From Lama glama (Eukaryota), in the NCBI GenBank assembly GCA_028534125.1, contig CM052817.1:73100001-73164000 (forward strand): a stretch of 64,000 nucleotides of DNA, given 5' to 3'. A model generated the notes under the pieces. The model saw only the letters and a program-made list of their open reading frames with translations, did not search any database and was not told the DNA's origin. Shown in pieces: positions 27,510-41,759 of this stretch. The translations under genes and the position numbers were made by a program. Position 1 is the first letter of the stretch; each line of letters starts with the position of its first letter.

Positions 27510-27560
27510 TTTTAAAAAATTCTTATTTTTTATTGAAGTATAGTTGATTTACAATGTTAG
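27510..27560 (-). mobile_element. 51-bp L1 3' terminus inserted in a MIR
   Basis: ttttttattgaagtatagttgatttacaatgtt is the antisense L1 end; TSD caca(g/a)catataatctt at 27494-27509 and 27561-27576. Confidence 0.85.
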
Positions 27561-30500
27561 CACAACATATAATCTTGATGACAACCCTGCAAGATAGAAT
27601 GGATTATGCTCGTTTTGCAGATGAAGTGATTGGCTCAGAGAGCTTGAGAGATGCTCCCAAGCCATACTGCAAAGTGCGGCTAAGCTGGGATAAGACCCCA
27701 GACCTCCACTCTGTGCCACCTCCCTCTACCTGCCACCATCCTTTCATGACGTAGAATCACCTGCCCTGTTTATTAAACCAACTTGCCTCAGGGGGCAGAA
27801 TCCAAAAATTTTTAATCTCAACAAATTCATAGATATTTGGAATTAGTTCTTTCTTTTTTTGGATGTATTTGTGCAACACAAAAGAAAGATTTTTATTATC
27901 TCATTGATCAATTTTTTTCTGAATCAGTTGTCTTTAATTTTTTTTATTGCTCATCAGTAAAAACTTTGGAGCAGGCACCATTTATTTATTTATTTACATG
28001 TGCTATGCATTACTATGTTATATATTTCTATGGGATAAAAATTTAAGAACGAAACAAAAATGAATATTTAACAATAATTCTTAAACTGCATTATTGGCAC
28101 AAGAACCTTTTTGTTCCTGTTAAAATTGTGATTGAATACATTTAATTATTTTTTAAAATCTTGGCTTAGCACTGTGCCTTGAAGATATGGCTAGCATAGT
28201 TTATTTCAGTACTTAGTTCCAATGATTGTAACGGTTGAAAAACATTATGTCTCAAAGGCATGCAGATCCAAATAAAAGAGGTAGGCTGTGATTCCTAATT
28301 CATGCTACTCATATCTCAGTTTATCCACCAATTATGAAAAATTGTTTGTTGAAATTCAGCTTGCAAATTTCCACTTTCCTTAGTGTCAATTGTGTTTTTC
28401 TGCAAGGTAATCAGAAGACATTATGTTTTAACAAAGGATGTCAAAACCCATTCAAACTCTTCATTTGGAAGATTTTTAAACAGGTTGAAAATTTCCCATT
28501 TGTGTGAGGTTTTTTCCGTATGTGATACTTCATTTTTAGTATGAAAATCACAATGATGAAAACACCCTCAGCCCTCATTATCTGGAAACTGTTTTCAGAA
28601 TACCTATTACATAACATACTGTTGTTAGCCACTTATCACAGAAAAGGCTGATAAATTTGGAGAACTTGTCTGTTTCAATTAGCAATAATCATACCTCAGA
28701 TGAACATTGTTGACTACAGTTCTTCCAAAGCACAAAGCTAGCATTTGTCTGTTTATAAAAGAAAAATGTCCAAACTCTTCACATTTGACCATTCTTTAAA
28801 ACCTTTGCCTTGAGATTTTTCTAGTCTTTCTCCCTCTCATTATAGATTACTCTAAAGTATCTATGATTTATGTTAACATAATCTGTAAATCTACTTTACC
28901 AGTTATAAATAAACTACAATACAATAAGCTAAAAACAGTTCAGTGGGTGAGTTCTCGTCATCAGCCTCTCCAAGATGAAGAATTCCTCGTGAGTAACCAT
29001 CTGACATATATATAAGCAAAGTAAGGGGCTGGGATCTACCCACTTTTTTAAATGTTAGTAAAGCTTAATTTCTTGCTCACTGGTAAACCTTGGTGCGAAC
29101 TCTTTGAACTTTGTTTAAAATCTGAGATCTCAGAGATTGATTCCACAGATCTACCCGCAAGTCGATCTCAAAATATTGTTATCATTTATTGAACATCTAC
29201 TAAGTGCTAGTTACTTTACATGTATTTTTCTTTAATTTTCTCTAATCTCTGTGGTATTATTATCCTTATTTTATATATAAGAAAGTTGAAATTAAAAAGT
29301 TAAGTATCTTACCCAAAATCAAATCGTGCCTCAGTGCAATTCAAGCCCCATTTAAAAAAATTTTTTCCATAATATCCCCCTCTAGGAACTGATTTGACTC
29401 ACTTTCTCCTAAGAATATACACAAACAAATTGGCTTCTTTTCCATACACATGTATAATCTGTCACATTTTGAAAGTATTACCAACTCAATTCTGAAACTT
29501 TTTATATTTATTCATCAGGTATAGAGTAGAAGCAAAATATGTTTCTTTCATGGTTATTGAAAACCTCCCATCATGCTAGGCATCAATTATTCCCATTGGC
29601 ATTGCATCTAAAATTGAAATTTCTGGGCCTCTGGAGTCACTTTCAAGGAGAACATTAAACGGGTTTAGGGGTCAGCTCCTAACATTGTCTCTCAGTAGCT
29701 CTCCCATTTTATTACTTTGAACACAAGACTAAGGCAGCTTCTCTTCACTCCTTGTATAAGGCCATATCTTTGCCTAATATGCTTAAAATGCACATAGCTT
29801 AGACTTGGTTGTAACTTCAGTGACTTTTACCAGAGTTTCCAGATGCAAATCAAGGGGCTGACTGAATCAGGATTACTGGTGTGTGTTGGTGTGTGTGTGT
29901 ACGCATAGATAGAGCTAATTTTGGGGGGTGGGGGACTGGGGAGAGAGAATGAGGAAAAGTGTGGCTTCTAAAAAATAAATACTCCCAAGTTCTGCTACTC
30001 AGAGCCTGATTTAGTAGATCTCTATTGAGATCCAAGACCCATATTAGTAAAACATCACTATTGAGTCTATTGTACAATCTGGTTGAAGTACTACTATTTT
30101 ACTCCCCTTTTAAAGTATCTTATTAGTCATTGATAACATGCTTGCAATTGAATAATATTTTAGATAAATTATGGAAGCTCATTATTTGAGAGTCTCACAG
30201 TGAATCATGAAGACTACTTTGTAATGTGGATAACCAGCCATTCCTTCAGCTGACACTTCCTAATCTAGTGGTCTGAGATGTTTTTATGAAGTTTTATTAA
30301 AAATGCTTACCCTTACTGATTAAACATTTATTTTTGCTTTGCTTATGTAAATGTGATTCTCTTGGATAATAAAACTGACAAATCAGTACATTTGTTTCTC
30401 TAAGTAAGCATAGCTCTTAAAATTGCAATAGGTGCAATTAAGCTCTCAATCCTTTTGGTGATAATTATTACTTTAAGAACAAGTAAAAAGCCCTAGGGAC

Positions 30501-30576
30501 AATTGGGTCCAAACAATTCTCTTCATGCTATATATCTGCCACTATTCTAATATGTTTTTGGTAATAATGATATGAC

Positions 30577-31045
30577 TTTTTAAAAAAAATTTTACTGAAA
30601 TATAATTGATTTACAATATTATATTAGTTTCAGGTATACAGCAAAGGATTCAGTTATATATATGTATTTTCAGGTTATTTTCCATTATAGCTTATTACAA
30701 GATACTGAATATAGTTCCATGTGCTATACAGTAAATCCTTGTTGCTTATCTATTTTATGTATAGTAGTTCGTAACTATTAATCCCATATTCCCAATTTAC
30801 CTGTCCCCCACCCTTTCCCCTTTGGTAACCATAAGTTTGCTTTCTATGTCTGTGAGTCTGCTTCTGTTTTGTATATTTTTGATTCATTTGCATTATTTTG
30901 TAGATTCCACATATAAGTGATATCATACAGTATTTATCTTTCTCTGTCTGACTTACTTCACTTAGTATGGTAATCTCTAGGTTCATCCATGTTGCTGCAG
31001 ATGCATTATTTCATTCTTTTTTCTGGCTGAGTAATTAATATTCCA
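30577..31045 (-). mobile_element. 5'-truncated artiodactyl-type L1 3' end
   Basis: Antisense counterpart of the 22.5-kb element; the spurious ORF MNLEITILSEVSQTEKDKYCMISLICGI is the typical L1 post-ORF2 translation. Confidence 0.9.
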
Positions 31046-32384
31046 GACAATGTCAATCTTGATAAAACTAAGGTGTATAGGTAGAGGTTAAGGAAGTTGA
31101 CCTGGGAACTAGACTGCTTGGGTTTGAATCCAAATGCTGCCCCTTGTTAATCACCTTGGGCAACTTCCCTAAACTGTTGGCTTCCATTTTCCTACCTCTA
31201 CAGTAGTAGTAATAACAGTACCTGGGAGGGGCATCTCCCCAGAAGCCCACGTGGTTGGAATATGGGAGAAATGCATCCTCTTCTTCAACAGATAACTCTT
31301 CCTTTAGGGACTCATCTTTTTGGGCTTGCAGTTAATGTGCTGACTCAGATTAGAATCCTAACTTGTAGTCTAAATATTAAGTTTGAATCTCCAACTCTGC
31401 TATTCATCTGTTCTATGTTTTCTATAAGCCACTCAATCCATTTAGGTGTGTTGTGCTGTGGCTGCGGCGACCCCCTCCCGCATACTGACTTTTCACAGTC
31501 ATGTAGCTCCCCACTCCCTTCCTGTATTTCACACAAGTTTTATACTCTAATATTTATATGGCTTTTTCTCTTTGAAAAAAATCAAAGGGTTTCTTAAAAA
31601 TTTTTGAAAATCTCATTTAGGTGGAAATTTTCATCTTCAAAGTGTTTATAGATTAGATAATACTATGTCTGTCTTTTTCATTATTGCCTTTCCAGTGTCT
31701 ATCAGATGCATCCAGGAGATGCTCAGTAAATATTTTATTGAATAAATGAATGAATTCCCACTAAATCAATTGGCAGGAATCATTTGCTACATTATAAACC
31801 TTCAGGTGCAAAGTTTTCCCCTATTGATGGATGTATTGCAATGATGAGTTCCCTTTCATTTTTGAGATTAAGATCACGGGCCCCAAATCTGTCCAAAGTG
31901 TTACGTCACCTAACACGGACTTTTGATTTTGATTTTCATTTTATCATTATTTCCAGTGGAAAGATCCTTTAAGAAAATACGGTTTTACAGGCATTTTCAT
32001 AATTAAGAAAGAAAATGAATCCCAATTTCCCAAGCTTCTCTAGCATTTCTTTATCACTGCACATAATCATGACATTAGCATCACTAAATAATAAATGTTC
32101 TCATAAAAATATGGACTTTATGCCCTGATCAGTCTATATGTTTAAAGCAAGCTAGCTCAGAAAATCAAATCACTTCCATATCCCTTCTGTCTGCTTTTAT
32201 CTTGTTTAGTTATTTGCTGTTTTACTCCCTGAAAAAAACTTCATTCTATCAATATTTTCACTTATGCCTCACATAACAAATAAATCATGATCTAAAATCT
32301 GAAGTAGTATAAAGGCAGCTATGCATGCATATGTGAAAACAAGTGAACCAGGGAAACAGCTAGAGGGCCATAAACTAATTCATT

Positions 32385-34700
32385 TATTAAACAACTACTT
32401 ATTGAGCCACTTTTCAAGGCACTGAGGCAGCAGCAGTAAACAAGACAAAGTGCCTGGGCATTAACAGCCAATGTAAATGAAAAGCTTACATTTTTCTGGG
32501 AAGACAGGAAGTAAAATACACAGATAAACGTGAAATAAATAAATAAATATGCACACACATACATACATATATATAATGTAAAACTGAAGGGTAAGTGCTA
32601 TGAAGGCAAATAAAATAGATTCAAGGAAAGGATACAACAAGTGTTTATAGATACTATTATTTTAGAGAAATGGTCAGAAAAGTCTTTGAAAGGATAACTG
32701 GAGCCCAGATCTGAATGGGGGAGCCTTGCAGATAGCTGAGGGAACAGCTTTACAGACAGAGGGAACAGTAATTGCAAAGGCCAAGGCACATGCTTGACTT
32801 GAAGTTGAGAGCAGAGTATCAACATTTTTATTTAATTTATGTTTTAAAGGGATTACTCTGGTTGCTGTGTGAGGAATGTGGAGGAAACAGAGAGAGGACT
32901 TGGGTGGCAAAGGGAGGGATTCTAGTTCAGAAGCTGTTGCTAGTATCCAAGCAAGTTTCCAATAATGGATTGACTAAAGTGGTTGCTCTAGAGGGATGAA
33001 AAGTGATCAGATCTTGTGTATATTTTAAAAGAGCCAACAGCATTTGCTGATGGATTGGATGTAGAGTATGAGAGAAAGAAAAGAGTCACAAACTTGGAGT
33101 CAAAATTCTAAAGTTTTGTCCTACGCAAGTTAGTGGACAGAATATCTTTACTGAGATGGAGGAGAAAGTATTAGGAGAGCAAATAAAAAGTTCTGTCTTA
33201 CACGTGTTTAGTTTGAGATACCTAACTGACATCCAGACAGGGCTGTTTATTATCCAGGCAATTTCGTATACCAGTCAGTATTGCAGGAAAGAGACTCAGG
33301 GTGGTATTTAAATTTGGAATTCATCAAAAGAAGTGATATCTGGGACCATGGAACAAAGTAAGTGTAGCTAGAGAAGAGAAGCAGAGAAGCAGGCTTGGGA
33401 CTGAGTCTTAGGGCCTTCAACATTCAGAGGCTGGAAAAGGACGCTCCCGCAAAGTGGAGTGAGGAAGAGTGAGGCAATGAAGTAGAAAGAAAACCAGGAG
33501 ACTGTGACGTGCCAGAAGTCACATGAATGAAAAAGTGAGGGATTGTTTGTCACAGCCAAATGCGTCTAGGAGTTTGAATAAGATGAAGATTAATAAATGG
33601 TCATTGGATTTGGAGGTTGTTGGCAACCTTGAAAATAACGGGTTCAGTGGATGTTTAGGGATGAGAGCTACAGACTGGAGAGAGAATGGGAAGTGAGGAA
33701 GCGAAGACAGGGAGTTTAGACAACTCTTTCGAGATTGGCTGTATAGAGGGACAGAGAAAATGGACAGGTGCTGGGGGGAGAATGCTGTGGACTGAGTATT
33801 TGAGTCACCCCACCAAATTGATAGGTTGAAATCCTGTCCTTCAAAGTGATGATTTCAGAGGCGGGGCTTTGGGAAGATGATTAGGCCTTGAGGACAGAGT
33901 CCTCATGAGTGGGATTAGTGCCCTTATAAAAGAGGTCCCGGAGAGACACTTAGAAAAGAAGCCGTCTGTGACCCAGGAAGCAGGCCCTCACCAGACGTCA
34001 GATCTGCCGGTTACTAGATCTTGGATTTCTCAGCCCCCAGAACAGTGAAAAGTAAATTTCTATTGTGTATAAGCCTCCCGGTTCATTACGTTTTTGTTAT
34101 GGCAGCCTGGAATGACTAAGACAAAGATATACGGTTAAGGGAGGACTTTTTAAGATGGAAGATACTATAATATGTATGCTGATGAGAATGATCCAGTAGA
34201 GATGAGGAAATTAATGATACGAGGAGAAGGAAGGTGTTTATAGACATAATGTCCTAGGGTAAAGAAGACGGGATAGAACTGAGTATATAAGTGGGGAATT
34301 GGCCTTAAATATGTCAGTAGGAAAGCAGGCAGGACACATGGGTTACAACACAAGAGGGCTGGAAAACCTGGATAAGAGAATAAGGAAGATCTCTTCTCAC
34401 TATTTTCTTAGTGAAATAAGAATTCAGGCCATCAGATGAGTGTGAGGAGGTTAAAGGGGCTGTGGGAGCTGGTGAGAAGAGCAAAGATGTAAATGTAACT
34501 GGATTGTCAGGCCGTGCTGAGGGCTGACTTCAGGTTACTGTCACAAATTTAAAGTATTATGGTTGTGTGTTTTTGTCCAGCTACATACACTTGCTTAGGT
34601 AGAGAAGCCTAGGTTAGGCAGAGAATTTAGACATAATTTGAAAATGTTAAGTGACAGTAAATAATATTTATCTTCCCCTCCTGTGTTCAGAACCAGCTGA
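32385..34700 (-). mobile_element. L2a LINE, long fragment interrupted by an MLT1A LTR
   Basis: Antisense L2 3' end (attcatttattaaacaactacttattgag) and body motifs (atttgctgatggattggatgt). Confidence 0.8.
33783..34123 (+). mobile_element. MaLR solo LTR (MLT1A-like)
   Basis: tgctgtggactga...gggattagtgcccttataaaagagg...gactaagaca. Confidence 0.85.
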
Positions 34701-34837
34701 AGGTAGACCTTTATTATTCTAACACAGACAGGAGAATGTAGCTTCAGGTTTTCAGACAAGTGGGTTGGAAAATTCTTCACTCCAGACTCATCTTGTTGCT
34801 GGCAGGCCCCTTCCCTTATTGTAGAATAAGGAGGAAG

Positions 34838-34976
34838 TTTTTTTTAATGTATGTTCATGTATAACTGAAGCATTATGCTGTCTGTACACCAGAAGTTGAA
34901 ACATTATAAATTGACTATACTTCAATAGAAATATATATATACAAAAATAAATAAATAAATATTACCAAGAGAGGGG
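34838..34976 (+). mobile_element. Short L1 3' end with A-rich tail
   Basis: tataactgaagcattatgctg...ctatacttcaata; flanked by aaggaggaag on both sides (probable TSD). Confidence 0.75.
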
Positions 34977-37900
34977 AAAAAAAGGAGGAAGATTTGAAGA
35001 GAGGAAAGAGGAAGCCCTGAGCCAGATACGCCACTCCCATCGGATAACTGATTCCACCTCTAGCAGGGAGGAGGGAGCAAGCGGGGAGAAAGAGGCAAGT
35101 TCTGGGGTTCTTGACTCTGGAATCATTGGAATTGCTGAGATCATTGGTATTACGTGGGCATCCTCAAAAGAAATCAATGCTTGGGTACGCTTCCAGAGAT
35201 TCTGATTTAACATATCTGGGGTGCCATCTGGGCATCTGGATTTTTAAAAGCCTCCCTAGGTGATTCTAATGTGAGGCCAACATTTCCCCTTAACAATAAA
35301 CATGATTAAATATTCCAGACAAACAGGATAGAAGTAGAAAGTAACAAAGGAGTCAAGAAGACATTTTTTAAAAGTTGTTGAATTGATGTACCATGTAATT
35401 TAAAGAGGCAAGTAAGGACATAAGGGACTGATGACATAGCAAAAAAGTTCCAGGATCAGCAGATAGTGTGGATGTCTCCAAAGGGTTGCAGAATTACTGG
35501 AGGTGAGCTATCCAGGAAGGGGGCTGCATGAATAGGAGATGAAGCTCAAAGAATCAAATGCTTGAATTGAGATTCTGTGATGCCACCAAAATGTCAGGTT
35601 CTAAGTTATGACTGACCATGGAGTATATGACTGAGGTTGAGTATAGAACAAGATCATTAGAGGTAAGGAGCCCATGGCCAGGAGGCCGTTGTGCTGGGTG
35701 AATCATCAGTGTGGATGCTGAAATCACCAAGAATGATGACTTGAGGCATGATGGCCATAGCAACCTGGAGTCCAGAAGAGAGGTGAGGCATGCAGGTCCG
35801 CAGGTCCCAGGAGCCATGAGGTTCACCAGAATCCTGGGCAGGTGGTGTCTATTTGGGTCCTACTTTCTTTTTCTTTCAACAGAGAGCCAACTTCATTCAC
35901 AGTAGATTTGAGAGAGGGAGGGTGAGAAAGCAGGGATAGATGATCCAAAATGTTATCATTAGGTATTGAGAGCGAGAAAAAGATTATAACTATTTACTCC
36001 AAGTGCTAGATTCTGCATGTCCATTGGTGAAATGAAGGAAAGATTGATGAAAATGTTAACAGGCTCTGCGCATAAACCTTAAGAAAGTTAATTTTTCCCC
36101 TCTTCCTCCTCCTCACATGTCAGTGGGTGGACAAACATGGAGCATGCCCTGCTTGGTCTTGCCTTGACCTTGAGGAGTCCATTTTGATGGGTTGACTCTT
36201 ACTCTGCTTTTATTTTTAATGCATAACTATACAGGCGTCAACCACTTTTCATTTGTTTATTCTGCTAATTCCTCACCTCAGGACATTCCCCTCCTCCCCT
36301 GCCTTTTTCCAGTCTCCCAATTTGCTATGCAGCAATAATTTCCCTTTACACTGCTCCTGCCAATTGCAATGCCAGATGGCTTCGGTTCTGAGTCCCCTCA
36401 CCCAGCCCCCCTTGAGAACAGCTGCCATTGTCATTGCTGTGAACACATCGCGGCTTTGAACCCAGAGCTGGGACCCAAACTTGAAGCTCAGCATTGGGAG
36501 GGGCTAGTGCTAATGCAAGGAACCATGAAAACAGCACACACTTTTCCTTGATGCTGTTCAGCAAAAGCCCATAGAAAAGACTCTTTAGCATTTTTTTCAA
36601 TCATCTGCGTATTGAAATCTCATTGTGGAGTTTAATTCTTTTACCGCCTGACTCAGCTTCCTAGCCATGAAGTTCCCTTTCTGCCATAAACTCAGTTAGA
36701 ACCCTATATTTCCCATCCTGAAAACAGATGTGAAAACACAACTGATGTGTGTGCACATTTGTGTGCCTGTCTTTAGAAATCCAGCACACACACTCCCTTA
36801 TCTACATCCATATATTTTTACTTAAACAGGATCCTTCAACTAGAAAAACATAATTTGGTGGCTGCTTGGACAAGCTTCCTCTTAGGTCAGCCTCTGAGGA
36901 AAAGATAAAAGGAATAGAACTCCTGTTTATTTTTTATCTTGAGTTATACTGTGTTTGTTCCATCACTAAAATTCTGTTACTATGACACCATCTGAAAAGA
37001 TTATATTTTTGAGTCCTCTGTGATGGCAGGTCAGTCATGGGCTGAAAAAATCCAAACAAAAAGAATCCTGAATCAAATTCCATGTAGACCAATATGCATT
37101 TCAAAGGCACTGCCATGTAGTCAGTGGGTTAGGGTTTTTGTGTTGTTTTCTTTTTCTTTCTTTTTTGGGGAGTAGGGGAGGGAAAGGGACTCTCTTTCAT
37201 GTTAATCTAACTGTGCATAACCCAGGCACATTTTACCATGTAGGGAAACTTTCTCTTTAGCGTCCTTCCCTACCACACACTTGGGCCTCCTTTCATTCCT
37301 CTCCTTCTGAAGTCAGAGTGCTCCCCCGGCGTACATTTGGGGGAGATTCCCAGGATGGTGATGTATTCTGCTTTGCTGCTGAGGAATTTACTATTCCCTG
37401 ACTTGGCAGCAAATGAAAGTGGGTATTAATTTCTCAGAGTGCTGGTAGAAACACGAGAGAGGGGCCACAAGAATGATACCCACCTAAATCTGTATGTCGT
37501 GCACAGCATGCCGCCGTTTCAAAAGAGGGAGAGAAAAGACAATGACAAGAAAGAAAAGATCCTCCTGAGTTGACTTCTCTGCATTTTGTGTCGTTGGTTT
37601 TTGGAGAGAGATGCGAGAGGTTCGGGCCCTGAACAGAGTTAAATTATGCAGCTGCAGGGATGCCAGATCCTCCAGAATAGGATGCTTCGTTTAGATTTTC
37701 CACAATGCTATTGAAGTGCTTATTTTCCTCCTGAAGAGACACAAACAGATGCAAACTTCTGTAAACACTTTAGAAATGAATTCAGTGAGTTTGGCCTCTC
37801 AGCAGTGCTCAATAGCTGATAGAAAAATGTCTAATTAGTGCAAGTGGAAATAATAGGGCCACTTGGATTCCTTCCATCCTCCTCCAAGTCTACTTTTCCA

Positions 37901-38649
37901 AGGAACTCAAAGGGCCTTTGTCTGGCAGGTCACCCTCTCTCAGGCTTTTGTGCTCCGAACTATTAAGAGTAGAAGGGGGAAAAATAGATGAGGCAATGTT
38001 CTTTGCTCAAATATATGGCGTGTTCATGCAGGATGCAGAATGGGGTGTTTGCAGCATCCGTTTACAGGTGCTCGGGAGGGATTCCTCCATTGGCAACAGC
38101 CAAAAGCAACTCACACGTGCATGCTGAGAAGGCTCCCTTTCAAGAACCAGCTTTCCTTCACCAACTGCCAGAGAGCCTGCTCATTTTCCTTTTTTCCCCC
38201 TGCAGTTTCCAGTAACATCACTCCTTAGACTTGGCGAAGAGAAGAAAGAAATTTTAAAAAATGAGAGATTTAACCATTTTCTGAGATAAGCCTTAGAGAT
38301 GTTATATGCAGGGTCTATTATTTCCTTTTTACTCTATTGAAAATCCCACTGACATTTATTTTAGGATCCTGTCTTTGCTTGTTGTTATTTTGTCAGAGTA
38401 GAGAATGGAAGCACGTGAACTGAGTTCGTTTGTTCCCCATCATTTATTAAGCACTCCCAATGTGCCAGGCTCTGTGCTGAGCTTTTGACCTACCTACATT
38501 TCCTCTAATCCCTAAAACAGCACTGAAAATAGATATGATGCACATTTCACAGTTGAGGTAACTGTGACTCAGGGTGGTTAAGTGACTTGCCATGGCAAGC
38601 AAATGGAGGAGCTTGGAAGCAATCCAGATACCTATGGTTTCACCTCAGA

Positions 38650-39330
38650 TATTGTAATTTATCTTTGTAAGTTTGATGTGGATCATTTTTTCATATCTCC
38701 TGTGTCCCTAATTCCACCTAATTTTTACTCTACCTTTTTGAACTTAGGAAATACAGTTATAATAATTGTCATTTGGGTTTCAGTTTTTGTTGATTTCTTT
38801 TTCCTTTCAGTATGGACTTCTTTCAAGCTTGGTAATTTTTGCCTGGGTATCAGACATTATAAATACTTATAAGTTGCCAGATAATTTGTGTGCATATAAA
38901 TATTCTTGAACTTTGTTCTAGAACTCAGTCAGGTTAGGAATTAGTTTGATCAAGCTTGCTTCTAAACTTTCAAAGTCAGCCAAGAACTGTCTTTCCCGCC
39001 ACTGAAGCAATACCCTTCTGAACACTCTACCCGGTGCCCTATGATGACAGGATTTCCTACTCTGACTGGTGGAAACACAAACTATATGAGGCCTAGAGAT
39101 TGTTTCCTCTGCTTCATCCAGGTGGTTCTTCCCCCAGACTTGGGTGGTGTCTTTCCGTACATGAGCTGATGAGTAGTGTTCTGCTAAAGACTCGAGGGGG
39201 ACCCTCTGCAGATCTCTGGATTTCTTGCTTTGTGCAGCTCTCTCCTTCTGGTTCTCCGCTCTGTTAACTCTGGTCACCTTGGCCTCCCCAGAATCCTGGA
39301 AGTTCCATCTCCTCGATTCAGGAAGGCCAC
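38650..39330 (-). mobile_element. Old L1M 5'-region fragment
   Basis: ctactctgactggtggaaacaca...ctcgagggggaccctctgcagatctctgga resembles ancient L1M 5' sequence. Confidence 0.6.
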
Positions 39331-39764
39331 CTCCCAGAGGGACCCACTGGACTTTTACTCAGTGTGAGAAATGCTCAGTTGGAGTAATCCCCAGCTAATC
39401 ATCAAATTATCATTTGGTCTCATGGCAGCAACTTTCATTAGGGAATTCCAAAACACTGAAATTAAAGGCCATCTCCTAGAAAGTTTTCTTTCTCTTATTT
39501 TTAAATACACAGCAAGAATACTTTTTCAATTGGGATTTGTTTTTATTTGCCCTTGGTTTTTTTTTTTTTCTTAGAATTTTCTCATCATAATAAAGGATAT
39601 GTGTTCCTTAGAGCCACTATTTGGACTTAGTGAATGGTAAGTTCAGCCCTAGCTCCAAAGACCTGGATTCCTATGCCCAGATTAGGCCCTGCTCAGAATC
39701 AGCTTGATCAGACCACAGGAGGAAAGCAGAAGAAAAACTGACCCTCAAAAGACTTGAGTTCCTC

Positions 39765-40430
39765 AAGTGTTAGCTGAGGATGTGGAGAAACTGAAACTCT
39801 GTGCACTGTTGGTGGTATTGTAAAATGGTATGAACTCTATGGAAACAGTATGGAGGTTCTCAAAAAATTAAAAATTATAGCTACCATATAACCCAGCAAT
39901 TCTACTTCTGGGTATATATCCAAAGCGGGGTCTCAAAGAGATATTTGGACATCCATGTTAATAGCAACACTATTCACAATAGCCAAGAGGTGGAAGCAAC
40001 CCAAATGTCCAACAGATGAATGGGTAAACAAAAGTTGGTATATACATGCAATGGAATATTATTCTTACTCAGAAGGGAGTTCTGACACATGGTACAATAT
40101 GGATGAACTTTAAGGACTTTATCCTAAATAAGCCAGTCACAAAGAGACAAAAACTGTATGATTCCACTTATATGAGGTACCTAGAATAGTCAAATTCATA
40201 GAAACAAAAAGTTAAATAGTGGTTACCAAAGACTAGGGAGAGGGAGAGAGTGTTGTTTTAATGGGTATAGAGTTTAATATTTGCACGATTAAACAGTTCT
40301 GGAGATCTAAATCACAACATTGTGAATATACTTAACACTACTGAATTCTACCTTTTAAAAAGGTTAAAATGGTAACTTTTATGTTCTGCAACTTTTACCA
40401 CAATAGAAAAGAAAAAAACAAAAAAAGGAT
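39765..40430 (+). mobile_element. L1MB-like 3' fragment
   Basis: gaggatgtggagaaactgaa...attcacaatagccaagaggtggaagcaacccaaatgtcc...A-rich end. Confidence 0.9.
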
Positions 40431-41759
40431 AGAGACTTGAGTTCTTGCCTGACCCTGATACTTTTGACTTTGTAACTTTGGAAAGTCACTTAACCTCTCA
40501 GCCTTGTCTTACTTATCTTACTGAGATTTTATAGTAACTGTAAATTTAAATGAGATAATCTGTGTGAACGTTTTTCATAAACTAGATGGTAATATGAAGA
40601 TGGAAACCATTATTATCAGGGAGGAAAGGGTGGAGAGTCACTTCTGGAGAGTAGCCTGCCTCTAGACCTTGTACCCCATGTCGGTACTACAGTTACCCCA
40701 AAACAGAGGTGGGGCACCTCTGAAAATGGAGAGCAGAACTAAACATCAAGCATGCACCTCAAAGAGGGGACCGACTTTGGCTTGAGGAGTGCCTTCCTCA
40801 GGGTACTTAGTCATGAGCAGAGTGACAGGAATATGGCTGCTGTTTCCAAGTAAAAGTTTAAGGAAGCCTAGCAGTGGCAGAGGCTGCAAGTTCTGCAGAT
40901 GGCAGCTGAGGCTGCAGACCAAAGGGTGGTTTATGTGTATCTAGCATGGGGGGTGCTTCAGATCAGAGACTATCCTTATTAAACGGAGTTGGGCATACAC
41001 AAAATCATTGATTCCCTTTCCATCTTTAAATTTACATTTTATAAATGTCAAATGACTGACTTGTTCTCATTTTAAAACTTGTGTTTTTCAGATTGATGGT
41101 TTATTTGACAAACCTCAGTAGAAGTTTTGAGCATTTCAGTTTTAGTTGGTTCAGCTTTTTGGTTGGATGAAACAGAGGTTCACTCAAGCAAACTCATAAA
41201 ATGGGATGTGCATTACTACAAAGATACACATGGGATAATAAAGGAGATCCGTAACTCTAAGAACGGCACTTGGGAAAGGTGGATTGGATTCAGCCGTGTT
41301 CTTGGGTCTTCAAGCTGGTGTTGCCCATTAACGTAGCTTAGCTACACTCTACTCTGCTTCTTCTCATCCTGCAACAACTGGCAAATTCTTTCTGTGTTTC
41401 TTAGTTCATATTAGTAAGTTCATTTTTCAAGTCAGACCACAGGAGTCATGGGCCAGGTATCAATCAGGTGGGTAGTCTTAGCTTGGCCTTGAGCTGGTGG
41501 TGAGATGGGGAGAAGGAATCATGGTCAAGTAGCAAAATACATGGCTGCTTCAAAGGCAGGGTCTGTGAGCAGAGCAGTTTCCCGTGTGTCAGGCAGTGAA
41601 ATGATGGGGTTCTTTGGGAGGGTCCAATAAGTAACACCTCTTCTCCCCTCCTGGATTCTGAGCAAACTGGGAAATAAAACAAAAGAGTTAGGCAGACAAA
41701 AGATTAAATATTATATTTAATTCTGACAAAGGATAAATTAGAAAATATAGCTTGGTATT

